Assembly (NCBI GenBank): GCA_964247055.1
Contig: OZ176053.1
Location: forward strand, 2,232,001 to 2,296,000
Source of the DNA: Paragordius varius
Taxonomy: Eukaryota; Animalia; Nematomorpha
DNA length: 64,000 nt
Direction of reading: 5' to 3'
The position numbers and the translations under genes were made by a program. A model generated the notes under the pieces. That model worked only from the letters and a program-made list of their open reading frames with translations, was not told where the DNA came from and searched no databases. Within the stretch, counting starts at the first letter, position 1; the number at the start of each line of letters is the position of its first letter. Shown here one piece after another: positions 26,794 to 44,068 of this stretch.

Positions 26794-29051
26794 CATGTTT
26801 ATGTAGGCAAAACTCCTATAATGCGAAAACTACGAGACGTAAAATTTTGTTTTCAAGATTGATTTTTAAAACATTTGATTAAAAAATTTTTTGATCGTTT
26901 TTAATATATAATCTTTGAATTATAACCAATTTATAAAATTAATTCAATTTTGTGTACAACATTATTCATTTTGATTGGTTTCTACAGTAAACTTACTCTC
27001 TTTCATAATGGACAAAAACCCATCTATAAGTCTTTACTTGATAGTAGTACAATAATGCAACCTAAAACATTTTAATTCATTTTTAAAAGGATAGATTTGA
27101 AAAAAGACTCGTAAAGCAAACTTATTGTACTTATCTACAATTTTTATGTAATTTATATATCGTTCATTCATTGAGCTAATATGAATATTTTAGGATGAAA
27201 AAAACTACTTTATTAATTGAATAAAGATAACTAAATATAACCTTACCAAGTTTTATCTATTCCTTAATATGCTCAAAATTCGTCGATTTTTCCAATTTGT
27301 TTTCAAAAAAAATATTATACTCTTATTAACCTTAAAATTGGTTTTACAGCATGCAAAGGATTATGGGTACAGAGTAAGAAAAGCAGCCCCTATGATCTAA
27401 AATACAACAAATTTTCTTAGCTAAAATTATATTTTGAGATTGATTTTTTTTAATGTATGTGCGTCATATCCTCTACGTCTACTCTCTCTATATTACCTTT
27501 GGTTTCAAATTTCTAATTATTAATAACTTTCGCATATTATTATATATATAAATATATTGTAAAAAGCTTTTATAAAAAACTTGTCGTGACTAGAGTAAAT
27601 AGATGACCTAAATCAATTTTTTTATTGTTTGTTCATGATATGCATTGATAAGGTAATTAAATTAATTGGAGTCAGCCGCGTACAATTGTAATAAAGAAAA
27701 AAAATTAAATGTTGTAATTCATACTATTATATCATTTTTATGCCTAAATTTGAGTATCGTTAGCAATTAAATCATAATTAGTAAAAATTAATATGTAATT
27801 TACCTTTACTGTTGAAATTTAAACAATAAAAAATTTCTGAGACTTATATATGTTGATCAAATTTGAAAAATTAAGGGGGATTGTGGGGAAGGGGAGCAAA
27901 AAAATATTTTTTATTTTTTACTTTTTATTTTAAACATAATATCAATCAATTATAAACTATCTTCAATCCGATTTCGCAGGTATTTTCTAGATAAAATTTT
28001 AAAAAACTTAATTTTTTGTGTTATAAATGTAAAATAATTTTAAATTTATTTATATATATATATATATATATATTACGCTCTTCATGTTTTTTTGGAAGGG
28101 AAGTGCATGCTTAAAAAGGAATCTGAATTCCGATGATTGATTTTTTTCCAAAAAATTATAAAAAACATATAATATATATAGACATTTAAGTGTTTTTGAA
28201 AAACATCACAGGGAGGATTACATTTAAATATATATATATTTTCTAACAACTATAAAAAAATAAAAATAAATTTTAATTATAATTTTGGACGAAAAAAAAA
28301 TATTTTAGATAATATACGTCGTCTTTTGATGATTTATATTTATTTTAATAGTTATCCATCAAAATTTTATCAATAATTATTGAAAATTTCATAATTATTA
28401 TTTTTAAACGAATCACAAATTTTTGACAACCTAAATTTTAATTTTGTTTTGTCCACACACTCATTATCTTGTCAGAAATTATCGAAAAAAATTTAATATA
28501 TCTCCAAAATATCGCCCATATAACAGATATTTATATATATACATTGTGGCTTCAAAAATTCAATTTTTTTTCTTTAAATATGTATTTCCCACATACATAT
28601 TTCAGACTTAATTTTTAAACCTTAACACTAAAAAAAGGTTTTATACCATTATCATTTATCATTAGATAATTAGTCAAAAACTAGAAAAATACCTTATTTT
28701 TTACCTTTGAATTTAGCACAGTTTGAAACTCTAAAGGAATCATCAAATGTTTGTTTTTAGCTTTTTTTCCCCTATCAATAGTTTTGGTTAACTTTTAACA
28801 AAAAAAAGCGATAATCGTTTTACTAAATGTATCTCATATAAATATACATGTACATATATAAAAGGTAATAAAAAGTTGGTCAACATTTAATTTGAAAACT
28901 TTTTTGTCCTGTGTTCTTTTATTCAAAACTTTACTAAAACCAATACAATATAATAAATTATTTAAATTTATTTGATTCGCTATTAGTCACTTAAAAAAAC
29001 TTTGAAAAGTCACACGAAAAAGAAACCAATTAGTAACATCATCGTGAAAAA

Positions 29052-32000
29052 ATGAAAGGAATTCAAATATTTATCACATGTCTGACCATTCTAGTATGGG
29101 CTATGTCCGTGGCGCAAAGTGAAGGTTTGCATTTATTTTTTTACTTTAACTCCAGTTAAAAAATATTTTTCTTTTTGTTATAAAACGAATTGGTTAAAAT
29201 ATAAAAATTCATACGGGGTGAAATCCAAAAAATAAATGATAAAAAATTATTTTGTAAAATTTGATTATAAAAAAACTTGTTTCTTCCATAAAAAACACTT
29301 AATTTTCCCTTTAAATTTTTGTTGTTGATTTTCATTTTTTACAAAAATAATAAGTTATATAAAAATTGTATTTTTGGTGCAATATTTTCCCAAAGTTAAA
29401 ACAGCAAACGAAGAGTTATAACTGCGTTTTGTTTAGTCAAAAATATGCTAAGATTCTTTTATAAATCAAAGCTTCAAGTATGAACCCGGTTTTCAAACAA
29501 AAATAACCGATTAAACTATCATCGAAATTTGTTTCTCTTTTTAAGAGCTTTTCGATCGTCAGTTTTTAATTAAAAAACCGTGCTCATAAGATGGCAGTTA
29601 AAAGTGGCTTAAAAACCCAGCTTTTAAACAAACAGATAATCATAACAATTATGATTTAACTATTTAAAGCAGTGGTACTCACCAAAAAAATTTGACGGGC
29701 CAAATAAAATATATTTTTTTTTCGAGGGCCATGAACCTTTATTCCATAGCAATTTGGCACATATGCGCATATTTATACTCTAAATCAGCGCAATGAATAT
29801 TTTGCGGATCGCATGGAAATCCAGCTAAAAACTCGTTTTGCACCATTTAGTTTAAAAAATTAAAATATTTTGATAACAACATTATTTTGATATAAACCAA
29901 TAATTTTTGACAAATTTAGTTTCGCCTCATGACAGGCCAATCTTAATACGTCATCCTATGATCATCGGTTAAGCGATTTCTGTATGTATTCTTGGCATAC
30001 TTCATTTTTGAATATGCCATCTCACACATCGAAGTTGAAGGATAAACAGTTAGGATAACTTGAGCACATTTTTTTATAATATCATATTTGAAAACTCCAC
30101 ATATCTTTCTTTACGATTTTTTTTAAATACAGCCTCCAAATTAGCATTTTTAAATCTATGAATTCTTCAATGATATGCACCTGATCAAAACCGAAATTTT
30201 CAAGTTCCTTAATATTGGATTTATCCATATGCCATGGATTTTCAACGAATTTTAAGCAATTTTTAATATTTCTTAATTCTTGAAATCTGTATTTCATCTC
30301 ATTAGATAAGCATGTTAAATGATGTATTATTAAATTAATCTCCGTGGTAAATTCGATATTTTCCTCATGAATCGTAGTTAGAAAATCTAGGAGTGTTTTA
30401 GTTATAAAATCTTGTTTATGTATCATTAATTCTTCTTTAAAGCAAATATTTGATCAAATTGGGTTTTTTATTTGCTCCCTGGACTTGTATCAAAAATAAA
30501 TTGTTAGATAATGTCACAAAGTTAGGCCAATAAAACCCACCATTTGTCACTATTAATTTCCTCGTCAAACTTTCTGTCTTTTATAAATAGAATTTTATGT
30601 CTTATAACAAAAAATCTATTAAATACTTTGCTAAGGCTTTGTCTCACAGCGGTGTACAAAAGAATATCGTCTAACCCACTGTGGATATCTCTCAGAAGGT
30701 TTTAAATTTACGGCGGTTCTCTGCCACTTATATGATTAACTATATCCACAACCGTTTTAATTACTGAATTGAAAGATTCATCTTTTACACGCGAAACCAG
30801 GTTTTGCTGAAGAATAAAGCAGTGAAAGGATAAAATATTTTGCAAACTATATTTGTTTTTCTAGGAATAAATCCTTTGTTTATTCCAATCATAGAGGGAC
30901 AGCCATCTCAGATTGGAACCAATTTTTTCATACATATATCATTATTCTCAAAAAAGTGCTAATTAATTCGAGAAAATCACTTCCTTTAGTGGTATTATTC
31001 ATTGGTAAAAATCTTAAATATTCCTCGTTGATTATGTTGTCGTTGCATAATCTCACGAAGAGCGCACATTGAAGTAACTAATATCAGTGCTAAAATCAAT
31101 AGCAATACTAAAATATTTGCAGTTTTCGAGTCAATAATGTATTGTTAAAAATATATTTAGACATATCTTCAATGCGTCGAGCACTTAGAAAGTTGCAGTT
31201 TTTAATTTGCCTCTTGATTTGATCTTTATTATGGATATTAAACAAAAAAGTGCAACCATTTACTAGATATTTAGTTGGGAAAACGGTTTCATATTTTTTC
31301 CAGCTAATGTTACAGCTTTTTATTGGGAGAGAAAGCTATGGACATAATAGATTTTTCTTTCTGGTATTTCTTAGTCTTTTTATTAATGCGTTTCTTTCCT
31401 CATAATTTTATGGTGATTTGATGGATTGTAAAATGTCTTTCAATATTGTATATATTATGTTGTCCTTACATAAAAGGCGGTAACAACATTTTTATTTAAA
31501 ACGACAAAAAAATTTTCTTCCCATATATTTTTAGAGGAGCGATTTTTATCGGATAATTTTTTTTTGCATTACATGTCATCCTTTGAATTTATGTTTAAAT
31601 ATTATGTAAATTTTTACAAAAAAATAGGAATATAACTTGAAATATGTTAGATCGAAATTATAATATATTAATTTGAATTTTTTATGGAAATGAGTTATAA
31701 AAATGAGGCAGGATGGCTATGAAAAGATTATGTATATGCAAGTTTGAGTGAAAGACTTGCTTAAATACAAAAAAGGAATGCAATAAAATTTTCAAAATAG
31801 AAAAGTAAATAGAATACAGAAACAGAAACAACGTGCAAAATTTTGAAATCCTTTTAATATAGGGAAATTTTTCTAAAATTTAATTTGAGTAAAAAATAAA
31901 AATTATAAAAAATTAATCTAAAGGAAATAAATTAATATTAAAACGAGCAAAAATTTGTTTATGTGTATTTTTAAAATTAATCAATAAAAAAATAATTTAA

Positions 32001-32683
32001 GTATATGGACATAGGGCAATTTTAAAGCACTCTTAGGGCCGCATGCGGCCCACGGGCCGCGGTTTGAGTATCACTGATTTAAAGTCTAAATATTAATTAA
32101 ACTTACTGATCAAATTCAATCGAAACCCAAGTAAAATTTTATATGTTTATCTATTTACTTTTAAACATTTATGAGGCATCATACATTATACAATTATATG
32201 CAATTGTTTTGTGATTTTTTCACTTGTTGAACCTAATAATTGGCGGTCATTACGAAGCCGATAGGGGTTGTAGTTTTGAACCGTTTTAAAACCGTTTAAA
32301 ATTGGTAAAATCTAGTGTTTTTTTTCAAAACTACTTTCAAACTAATTTTTACACCTCTGAAAAGGATTTTTCAGTTTGGTATAAAACCAAAGAAAAGCAA
32401 CTGTTTTCACCAACTTACCAGAATTAGCCTCTAATTTTATGTTTTTTTTACATACACAAAAATGTTACCATAATATAAACAATTTTTAGGCATTGTCCGG
32501 AGTAAGAGATTTTTAGGAGCAGCAGCCATGAGACCTATGAAAAAATTTTATGGTTACATGGATGACAATCTTTATGGAATTGAAAAGCGTGGGGTCGGGG
32601 CTTCCCCCTTCGAGGATTTGGGCGAACAAAGCTTTGTGTTGATTAAAAGACCCCGGTTTCATACAAACGATTTTTTGGGTTAA
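29052..32683 (+). CDS. Predicted 88-aa neuropeptide/prohormone precursor; exons 29052-29124 and 32490-32683
   Basis: Exon 1 is a signal peptide (MKGIQIFITCLTILVWAMSVAQSE) with a phase-1 donor. Exon 2 has a phase-1 acceptor and reads GIVRSKR-FLGAAAMRPM-KK-FYGYMDDNLYGIE-KR-GVGASPFEDLGEQSFVLI-KRPR-FHTNDFLG-stop. It is GC-elevated relative to its flanks. Confidence 0.8.
29670..32076 (-). mobile_element. hAT Charlie/Buster-type transposon with decayed transposase, inside the neuropeptide-gene intron
   Basis: TIRs cagtggtactca / tgagtatcactg; perfect 8-bp TSD atttaaag (29662-29669 and 32077-32084); minus-strand remnants such as DILLYTAVR and RFQELRNIK with many stops. Confidence 0.9.
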
Positions 32684-33379
32684 TATGGATAAAACTCGAC
32701 ACACACAATTTTTAGACAAGAACAATTGATATAAATTCTTTTAGTTTTATATATGTATGTATTTAAACGCATAAAGTGCAATACATGTGTAATTATTATT
32801 ATTTTTTTGTTTTTTTCCACCATACAAAGCTATTTTTAAAATTAAAAGATTTTAATGATTTAAATATATTACATTTACATGTACTGTTATTTGTCATTTA
32901 TTTTTATATGTGTAACACTTTCCATTTAAACTAACATTCTTAATAAATTAAATATGAAAATGTATAAGATTATAAATAAACATATGCCCAGGTAGTACAA
33001 TGATTAAATCAGGAAATATTTTCCAACAAAAATTTATATAAGGTTAAAAAAATATTACAAACCATTATATAACCTATATATGTTCTTAATTCAATAAGGA
33101 CCCCAAACGAATGTAGGATCTTTATCAGCATATAATTAATAAAAGTATTGATATTGCAAAAATATTTTTCGCACACATAATTTTTAGCGATAACTTCAAA
33201 AAATGACCTTAGGTATACCATGTGAAGTATTTAATTATTACTAGTTTATTAGTAAAGAAATAAAATGGTGAAAGGAAAATAATTCATTTTAAAAAATATT
33301 GTCCATTGACTTCCACATAACCTATATATTAGGTTTAATATTATAAATTCCGTGTGCTAGAAAAACTGATCATATTTTT

Positions 33380-33970
33380 CGGCCCTTTAGTTAAGCTGAT
33401 TTCCGACATCTTCGAAATTTAAAAAAGGCTGCTGCGAAGATGTCCTGATCAGATGCAGGTCAGGAAACTTTAGCGGATGTGAAAGAATTTCCCATTGAAA
33501 CGATTTAAAGGTGTCTTTTACTAGTTTTGCCCCTTTGCCATATCTTCTTGCCCATTCCGGTCTATTTTTGATTAACGCGGTTTAAATTAATCATTTGTTG
33601 GCGTAGCGTTGTGTAAAGGTTTAACCGGGATCTATAATACTTTATACCGCTTTGGACCCACTTAACACACAGCCTGGTATTTCTGTCGAAGTGATTGGGT
33701 TTAGTGCTGATAAACCGAGTTGAAAAGGCTAAGGGAACTTATCCGCTTTAGTTTACAAAATAAATCCTAATTCGTTTGACAATCACTTTGCGATTTTAAA
33801 TTTGACATTCGTTTTAAATGTAAGGAATTCATTTACCGAGTTTATTGGTTCACATTGCTCGTAGACGTCTGCTGAATGTTGTTTGTGATACGTGCAAGAC
33901 GTATGCCAATGGCTGTTTAGTTTGAGTTAGGTCATTATCCAATCCATCTTGCATTCGAATTTATATACCA
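33380..33970. other. GC-elevated non-coding island with several hairpins; candidate structured RNA or TE relic
   Basis: Perfect 10-bp stem 33405-33414/33435-33444, adjacent stem 33444-33450/33458-33464, stem 33698-33703/33711-33716; no ORF of 60 codons or more. Confidence 0.3.
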
Positions 33971-34607
33971 CATTAAAATCAAAATTTTGAAATCATATTT
34001 ACATGCTTTAATCGAAATTTCAAAATTTTAAGGATTAACTTCAAGGTCCAACTAGTGTTTAAGGACACTCTTGAAGTGCAAATGGTATATTGAATTGTTA
34101 TTTTTTTAACAACCGTAATAGCATAGGTTGTTTTAGTGTTAAAATATGGATAATTAAAAATGGGGGATCTATTTTTAAAATCGGGTCTTTTTAAAAACTC
34201 TATTTCAAATAGAGTAACTTGTTACGCTTTTCTAGGGGTATTAAGCACTAAAGTTTTGCAAAAGTTTTTTAGTAATCCAATTAATATGGGTTTTAAGGTA
34301 ATGCAGACTTTTTTATATATAAAATTTAATTTATATTCTCCACCCTGTAGATGACAACCACTTTAAAAGAACAAAACATTTAAACAATATAAACAATATA
34401 ATAATGAATCATCATATGCATTCCATAAAATAGCGCGTATATAATAAAGGAATAAATCTAAGATCCCTGATAGATAAATTCTCATATATGTGGTTTATCA
34501 TATCTATTGTTTTATAATTTTTTTTATAATGATCACGTTTATAGTTTCCAACCCTAATTTCATGTTATAATTTTATACTGGTTGTAGTTTTTTGTTGTTT
34601 TTGAAAG

Positions 34608-37468
34608 ATTAAAAACAATTTGAAAAAAACTTTATTCAAGGATAATATTAACAAAAGCAAAGATGTTTTAAGCGATAGGTAGGCCTGCCTATTAATGTTT
34701 AATTATAAAATCACAAATACAAATGCAATTAACAATGTAAATATTATCAGCCCCTGGAAACAAATCCGCTAAATTTAATGAATATACGCAAAATTTTTGG
34801 TGAGACACTATTTATATATATGAGTGTGTCATTATTCCTTATTGAACATCATGTCTATGGTTGGAAACCAAATATATACAGGTAGTATTATCGTATTATT
34901 TTTTATTAACACTTGAATACAACATATTCATTTCAGTCCTTCGATTCAAATTGGGGTCGTTGGTCACCCTATATTGGTTTAAACCTAAGTATTTTAAAAA
35001 ATATGGAATATAATGATGAAACCTTTCACTTATATAACATTGAGGCACCTAAATATATAAAATGATACATTCAAAAAAACTTTATAATACTTATTTTATG
35101 GAATAAAGCTGTAGAAAAAAATATAGCCAATATAGCATTTGTGCATTAGCATAATGCTAAATAAACCATTTTTATTTTAATATTAATGTTAGGTGTGATT
35201 TTAATAAATAATATAACCCCAATTTCAGCCTTGGAATATAAAATACACTATATTTTAAAATGTTTAAAAAAAGCGTCGATGATATGGCACTTTTTATTCA
35301 AAACAAAATTTTATTTAAATATTTTGGCTTATTCATATAATTTTGATTAGGATAGAAGCACGAATTTATATAGCCTTTTTATGGTTCCTTTTGTGGAAAA
35401 ACCTTTAATCGGTTACATATACTAATTATTCAGCGTTGTTTAAGGCTTAGAGCTAACCATTGATCGCTATTTTGATTTATCATATTTTCTAAGTTTTAAT
35501 CGGATTAATATGTAAAGCATTCAACATATACCATTTACAGTTCAAATTCACCCTTAAACAGTTCAAATTCACCCTTAAACAATTCAAATTCACCCTACAA
35601 TTCAAATTCACCCTCGAACAATTCAAATTCACCCTCAAATAAATAACATGATTTTTAAGATTAAAAATTACCTATATTTTAATATATTTTTAAAAAATAA
35701 AATTTTGTTTTAAATTAAAATAATACTGAAAAAAATAATTAATTATGCCATAAAGATATATTTTATATTGATAATGAGTTATATTGGTTCGAAAACACAT
35801 AATTTATTTTCAGGGTGAATTTGAATTGTTCGAGGGTGAATTTGAATTGTTCAAGGGTGAATTTGAATTTTTCGAGGGTGAATTTGAACAAGGGTGAATT
35901 CGAACTGTAAATGGTATATATCATGAAATTAGGGGGAAAATGTGTGTGCTTGTTATTGCAAGACATAACGTTCTTTTTACTCATTATACATGAAAACGAT
36001 TTATAACTTGCATAATTGGCTATTTTTAGGCGTTATTATCAACCATATGAAGGTGATAATCCGCAGAGATTCGGAAATCCGATTTCAAAATTACACAACA
36101 ATCAATTGTTTCGGAATCCGCGTTCTCATTCCTACCTTAGGCCTAGACGGCCTAATGTTATGAGGAGCATGGCTCCTGCCAACAACGAACATATTTGGAT
36201 ACTAAAGAAAGAAGATGTCACGTATGAGAAGTATAGTGGAATAGTTGCTCGATCATACATACCTCACAAGAAAATAACTGAAGTGATTGGTAATCCGTTT
36301 GTTTCATCTGATTACAGTAGGGACACGAGTCCACACCTCGAAGCANNNNNNNNNNNNNNNNNNNNNNNNNNNNNNNNNNNNNNNNNNNNNNNNNNNNNNN
36401 NNNNNNNNNNNNNNNNNNNNNNNNNNNNNNNNNNNNNNNNNNNNNNNNNNNNNNNNNNNNNNNNNNNNNNNNNNNNNNNNNNNNNNNNNNNNNNNNNNNN
36501 NNNNNNNNNNNNNNNNNNNNNNNNNNNNNNNNNNNNNNNNNNNNNGACACAAACGGCTGAAAATCCTCACTTACATAATGATATAAATCATATTCGTGAA
36601 GATAATGATGATTTTAATAGTAATAATGACATACATAATTTTGTTGGTAAGCCAATCCCCTCCAATAGAGTAAGACCGCATTTACATTCCGAAACAAGCA
36701 ATAATGAACATCATCATCATCGTTATTCCTTACATAATAGCAATAAAATTAATAGTAATAATAATAATTTTAATACTGATACCAATAATCAAGATGGTTC
36801 AGAGGCGGTAAAACCGTTTCCCTTACCAAATGCGTTTAGGGCACAAAGCAAAGTTTTTGATTTGCAACCAAGAATAAAGTCAAAACACACATATACTAAT
36901 CATAATAATATGCCAACAGCTCCACCCATTATAGAATATTTTACAAAATCTACGGTACCACTGTATACCCCTCCATTACCGTCAATACAAACCAAACATT
37001 ATCCAGATCCGATTCCACCACCAGAAGATAAAAATAAGATTTATAATTCTCAGGATCTTAAACCAAAATCACACGGAGAAGAGCATAACTATAACGCTTT
37101 TGGTGTAGGTCCCAGTTTTGGACAATCTGAAATGAACAAAAATAAAGGTTATAACATTAGATTTTTAAGGAATTCAGATCTTGTTTTAATTGCTTATACG
37201 ATTTGTTAATTTAAAAAAATAGTGAAGTGTTTTGCGGTTAAATTTTTAGTTAAGATATAAATTTACGTCTGATATTAATTTTAGCTAATTGTGCAAAATC
37301 CTTAAAATTCTTGATTTAATTAAAACATTTCATACCATATTTTATATTAATATTAATATACTTTTAGGGCCGCGAATAAAATTCATGCATGGCTGGAAAA
37401 ATGGGAGAGGATATGGAAGATTTAAATTTGTCGATAATCAAAGATTAAAATTAGCAAATATTATATAA
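34608..37468 (+). CDS. Uncharacterised N/H/P-rich low-complexity protein, 5' end unresolved; exons 34608-34678 (tentative), 36030-37147, 37368-37468
   Basis: Long open frame on both sides of the gap; phase-1 GT-AG junction 37147/37368 continues in frame to TAA 37466-37468; the phase-2 donor at 34678 fits the phase-2 acceptor at 36030. Confidence 0.7.
34910..35400 (+). mobile_element. piggyBac-like non-autonomous element, diverged copy
   Basis: ttaa+cacttgaatac end and body similar to 59880-60460; right end not clearly seen. Confidence 0.55.
35531..35914. mobile_element. MITE family A, best-preserved copy (further copies about 40585-40780, 47395-47650, 47673-48115, 52662-52880, 57527-57762)
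   Basis: Terminal ta|ccatttacagttc ... gaactgtaaatgg|ta, with about five 21-bp tandem units per arm around a unique core. Confidence 0.85.
36346..36545. other. Assembly gap (200 N)
   Basis: Run of n; true length unknown. Confidence 1.
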
Positions 37469-37592
37469 ATTATCATAATATATATCCATAATTTATATAC
37501 TTTTTATATTTATTCTAAATTTTAACACAAAAAATAAATACTTTTATTGTTATGAATCGGGAACTAATATAATCGTCTGCTCATTCAAAATA

Positions 37593-38526
37593 ATGAATTG
37601 GGTGAGTCGTTTTAAACCGAGAAACACCAGTAAGGATGAAAAAAATGTTCAAAAGGTAAAATAGTTAATTATATAAAAAGAAATATTTTTCGCAACACAA
37701 AATGGTTGCCATTCAGTCAAAATCTTATGAGAATATAAAAACGATCGGAATGGATTTAAAGGCTTTGTGTTATGCGAATAGAATATGCAGTAAAACAATC
37801 AAAAGTATTTTTGATTTAAGATAGAGATAATTCAATTAAATACGTTGATTTGGATAATAAAACCTCAATTATAACACCAATTTCTAAGACTCCAATAAAA
37901 ACACCTAAAAGCAATGAAAAGTTATAATTTTAACCTAAATATTGTAGGGAAGATCCGTTTTACATTGAAAAACGCAAAAAACAATGCGTTGAACCGAAAC
38001 CGCATTCACCAACATACATAAAACCCGATTATGTTCGTAAAAGCAAATTTTTTGAACCTCTTAATGACGAGGAACCATGTTGCTCTAAAAACTTTAACGA
38101 TTCAGGCAAAGAATTAGCCATTCCCAAGAAAACTAAAGAATACTTGGAATATCCAATTACCAGTAATGCAATATGCTCATCGAAGGATTCTAGCTTTTAT
38201 GATAGGAATGGTGAGGATGAGACCCAATTTATCTCCACAAGTGAATCAGACAATGATGGTTAACTGAAATATTTTTATAAAATATAGAAAAACCACAATT
38301 CATCATGAAAAAAACTCATGGGATATCAACCAACACAAAAATAACGCCCAAAGGTACCATTTATAAGAAAGAAAAGGCATTTGTAAAATCGGAAGTTGAA
38401 GTGTACCCCCATATGAAATGGGATTTCGACAAATGGAAATTCACAAAAAATTGTGACAAAGATGACATTTTTTCGGAAGATTTCGTATTTCAACCAAAAA
38501 ATTCAATTGTCCACAAAATTGATTAA
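37593..38526 (+). CDS. Orphan gene, about 275 aa, 5 exons: 37593-37655, 37681-37789 (or -37804), 37821 (or 37827)-37920, 37948-38258, 38288-38526
   Basis: Removing four tiny GT-AG introns (25, 16-37, 27 and 29 nt) joins five stop-free segments, one of 103 codons, into one frame from ATG 37593 to TAA; all phases match. Confidence 0.75.
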
Positions 38527-38572
38527 AAAAATGAATAATTAAATAAATTATCATCTAATTTATTCAGATATA

Positions 38573-43968
<5,396 letters not shown>

Positions 43969-44068
43969 GTGGATAATCACCCAGAGTTATGCATGTCTGA
44001 ATGATTTGACATCATAGTGTGGATTTGAAACGTAATAAATGTAAATAAAAGGGAAAATTAGAGCCCAC
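43969..44068. promoter_or_regulatory. Putative bidirectional promoter / shared 5' region of CPOX and SLC41
   Basis: Only 100 bp between the divergent ATGs at 43968 (-) and 44069 (+); no specific motif identified. Confidence 0.5.

Noticed and set aside
25200-27300. Scattered minus-strand exon-like pieces (YFFPSNDEQAF, CIMYYYQVKTYRWVFVHYEKR, a hydrophobic LLLLQIYMAFLL stretch)
   Set aside because: Could not be joined into a consistent frame and no family was recognised; a hidden gene is not excluded.
32513-32725. 70-aa minus-strand ORF
   Set aside because: Antisense shadow of the neuropeptide-precursor exon.
34351-34433. Phase-1 exon that could splice to the neuropeptide signal exon (DDNHFKRTKHLNN...)
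   Set aside because: Low-complexity AT-rich reading with one KR site; indistinguishable from chance without transcript data.
35531-35914. Short regular direct repeats superficially like a CRISPR array
   Set aside because: Units are contiguous 21-mers with no unique spacers, arranged as inverted arms; eukaryotic context and no cas genes.
36218-36586. ORFs consisting mostly of X
   Set aside because: Artefacts of the N gap.
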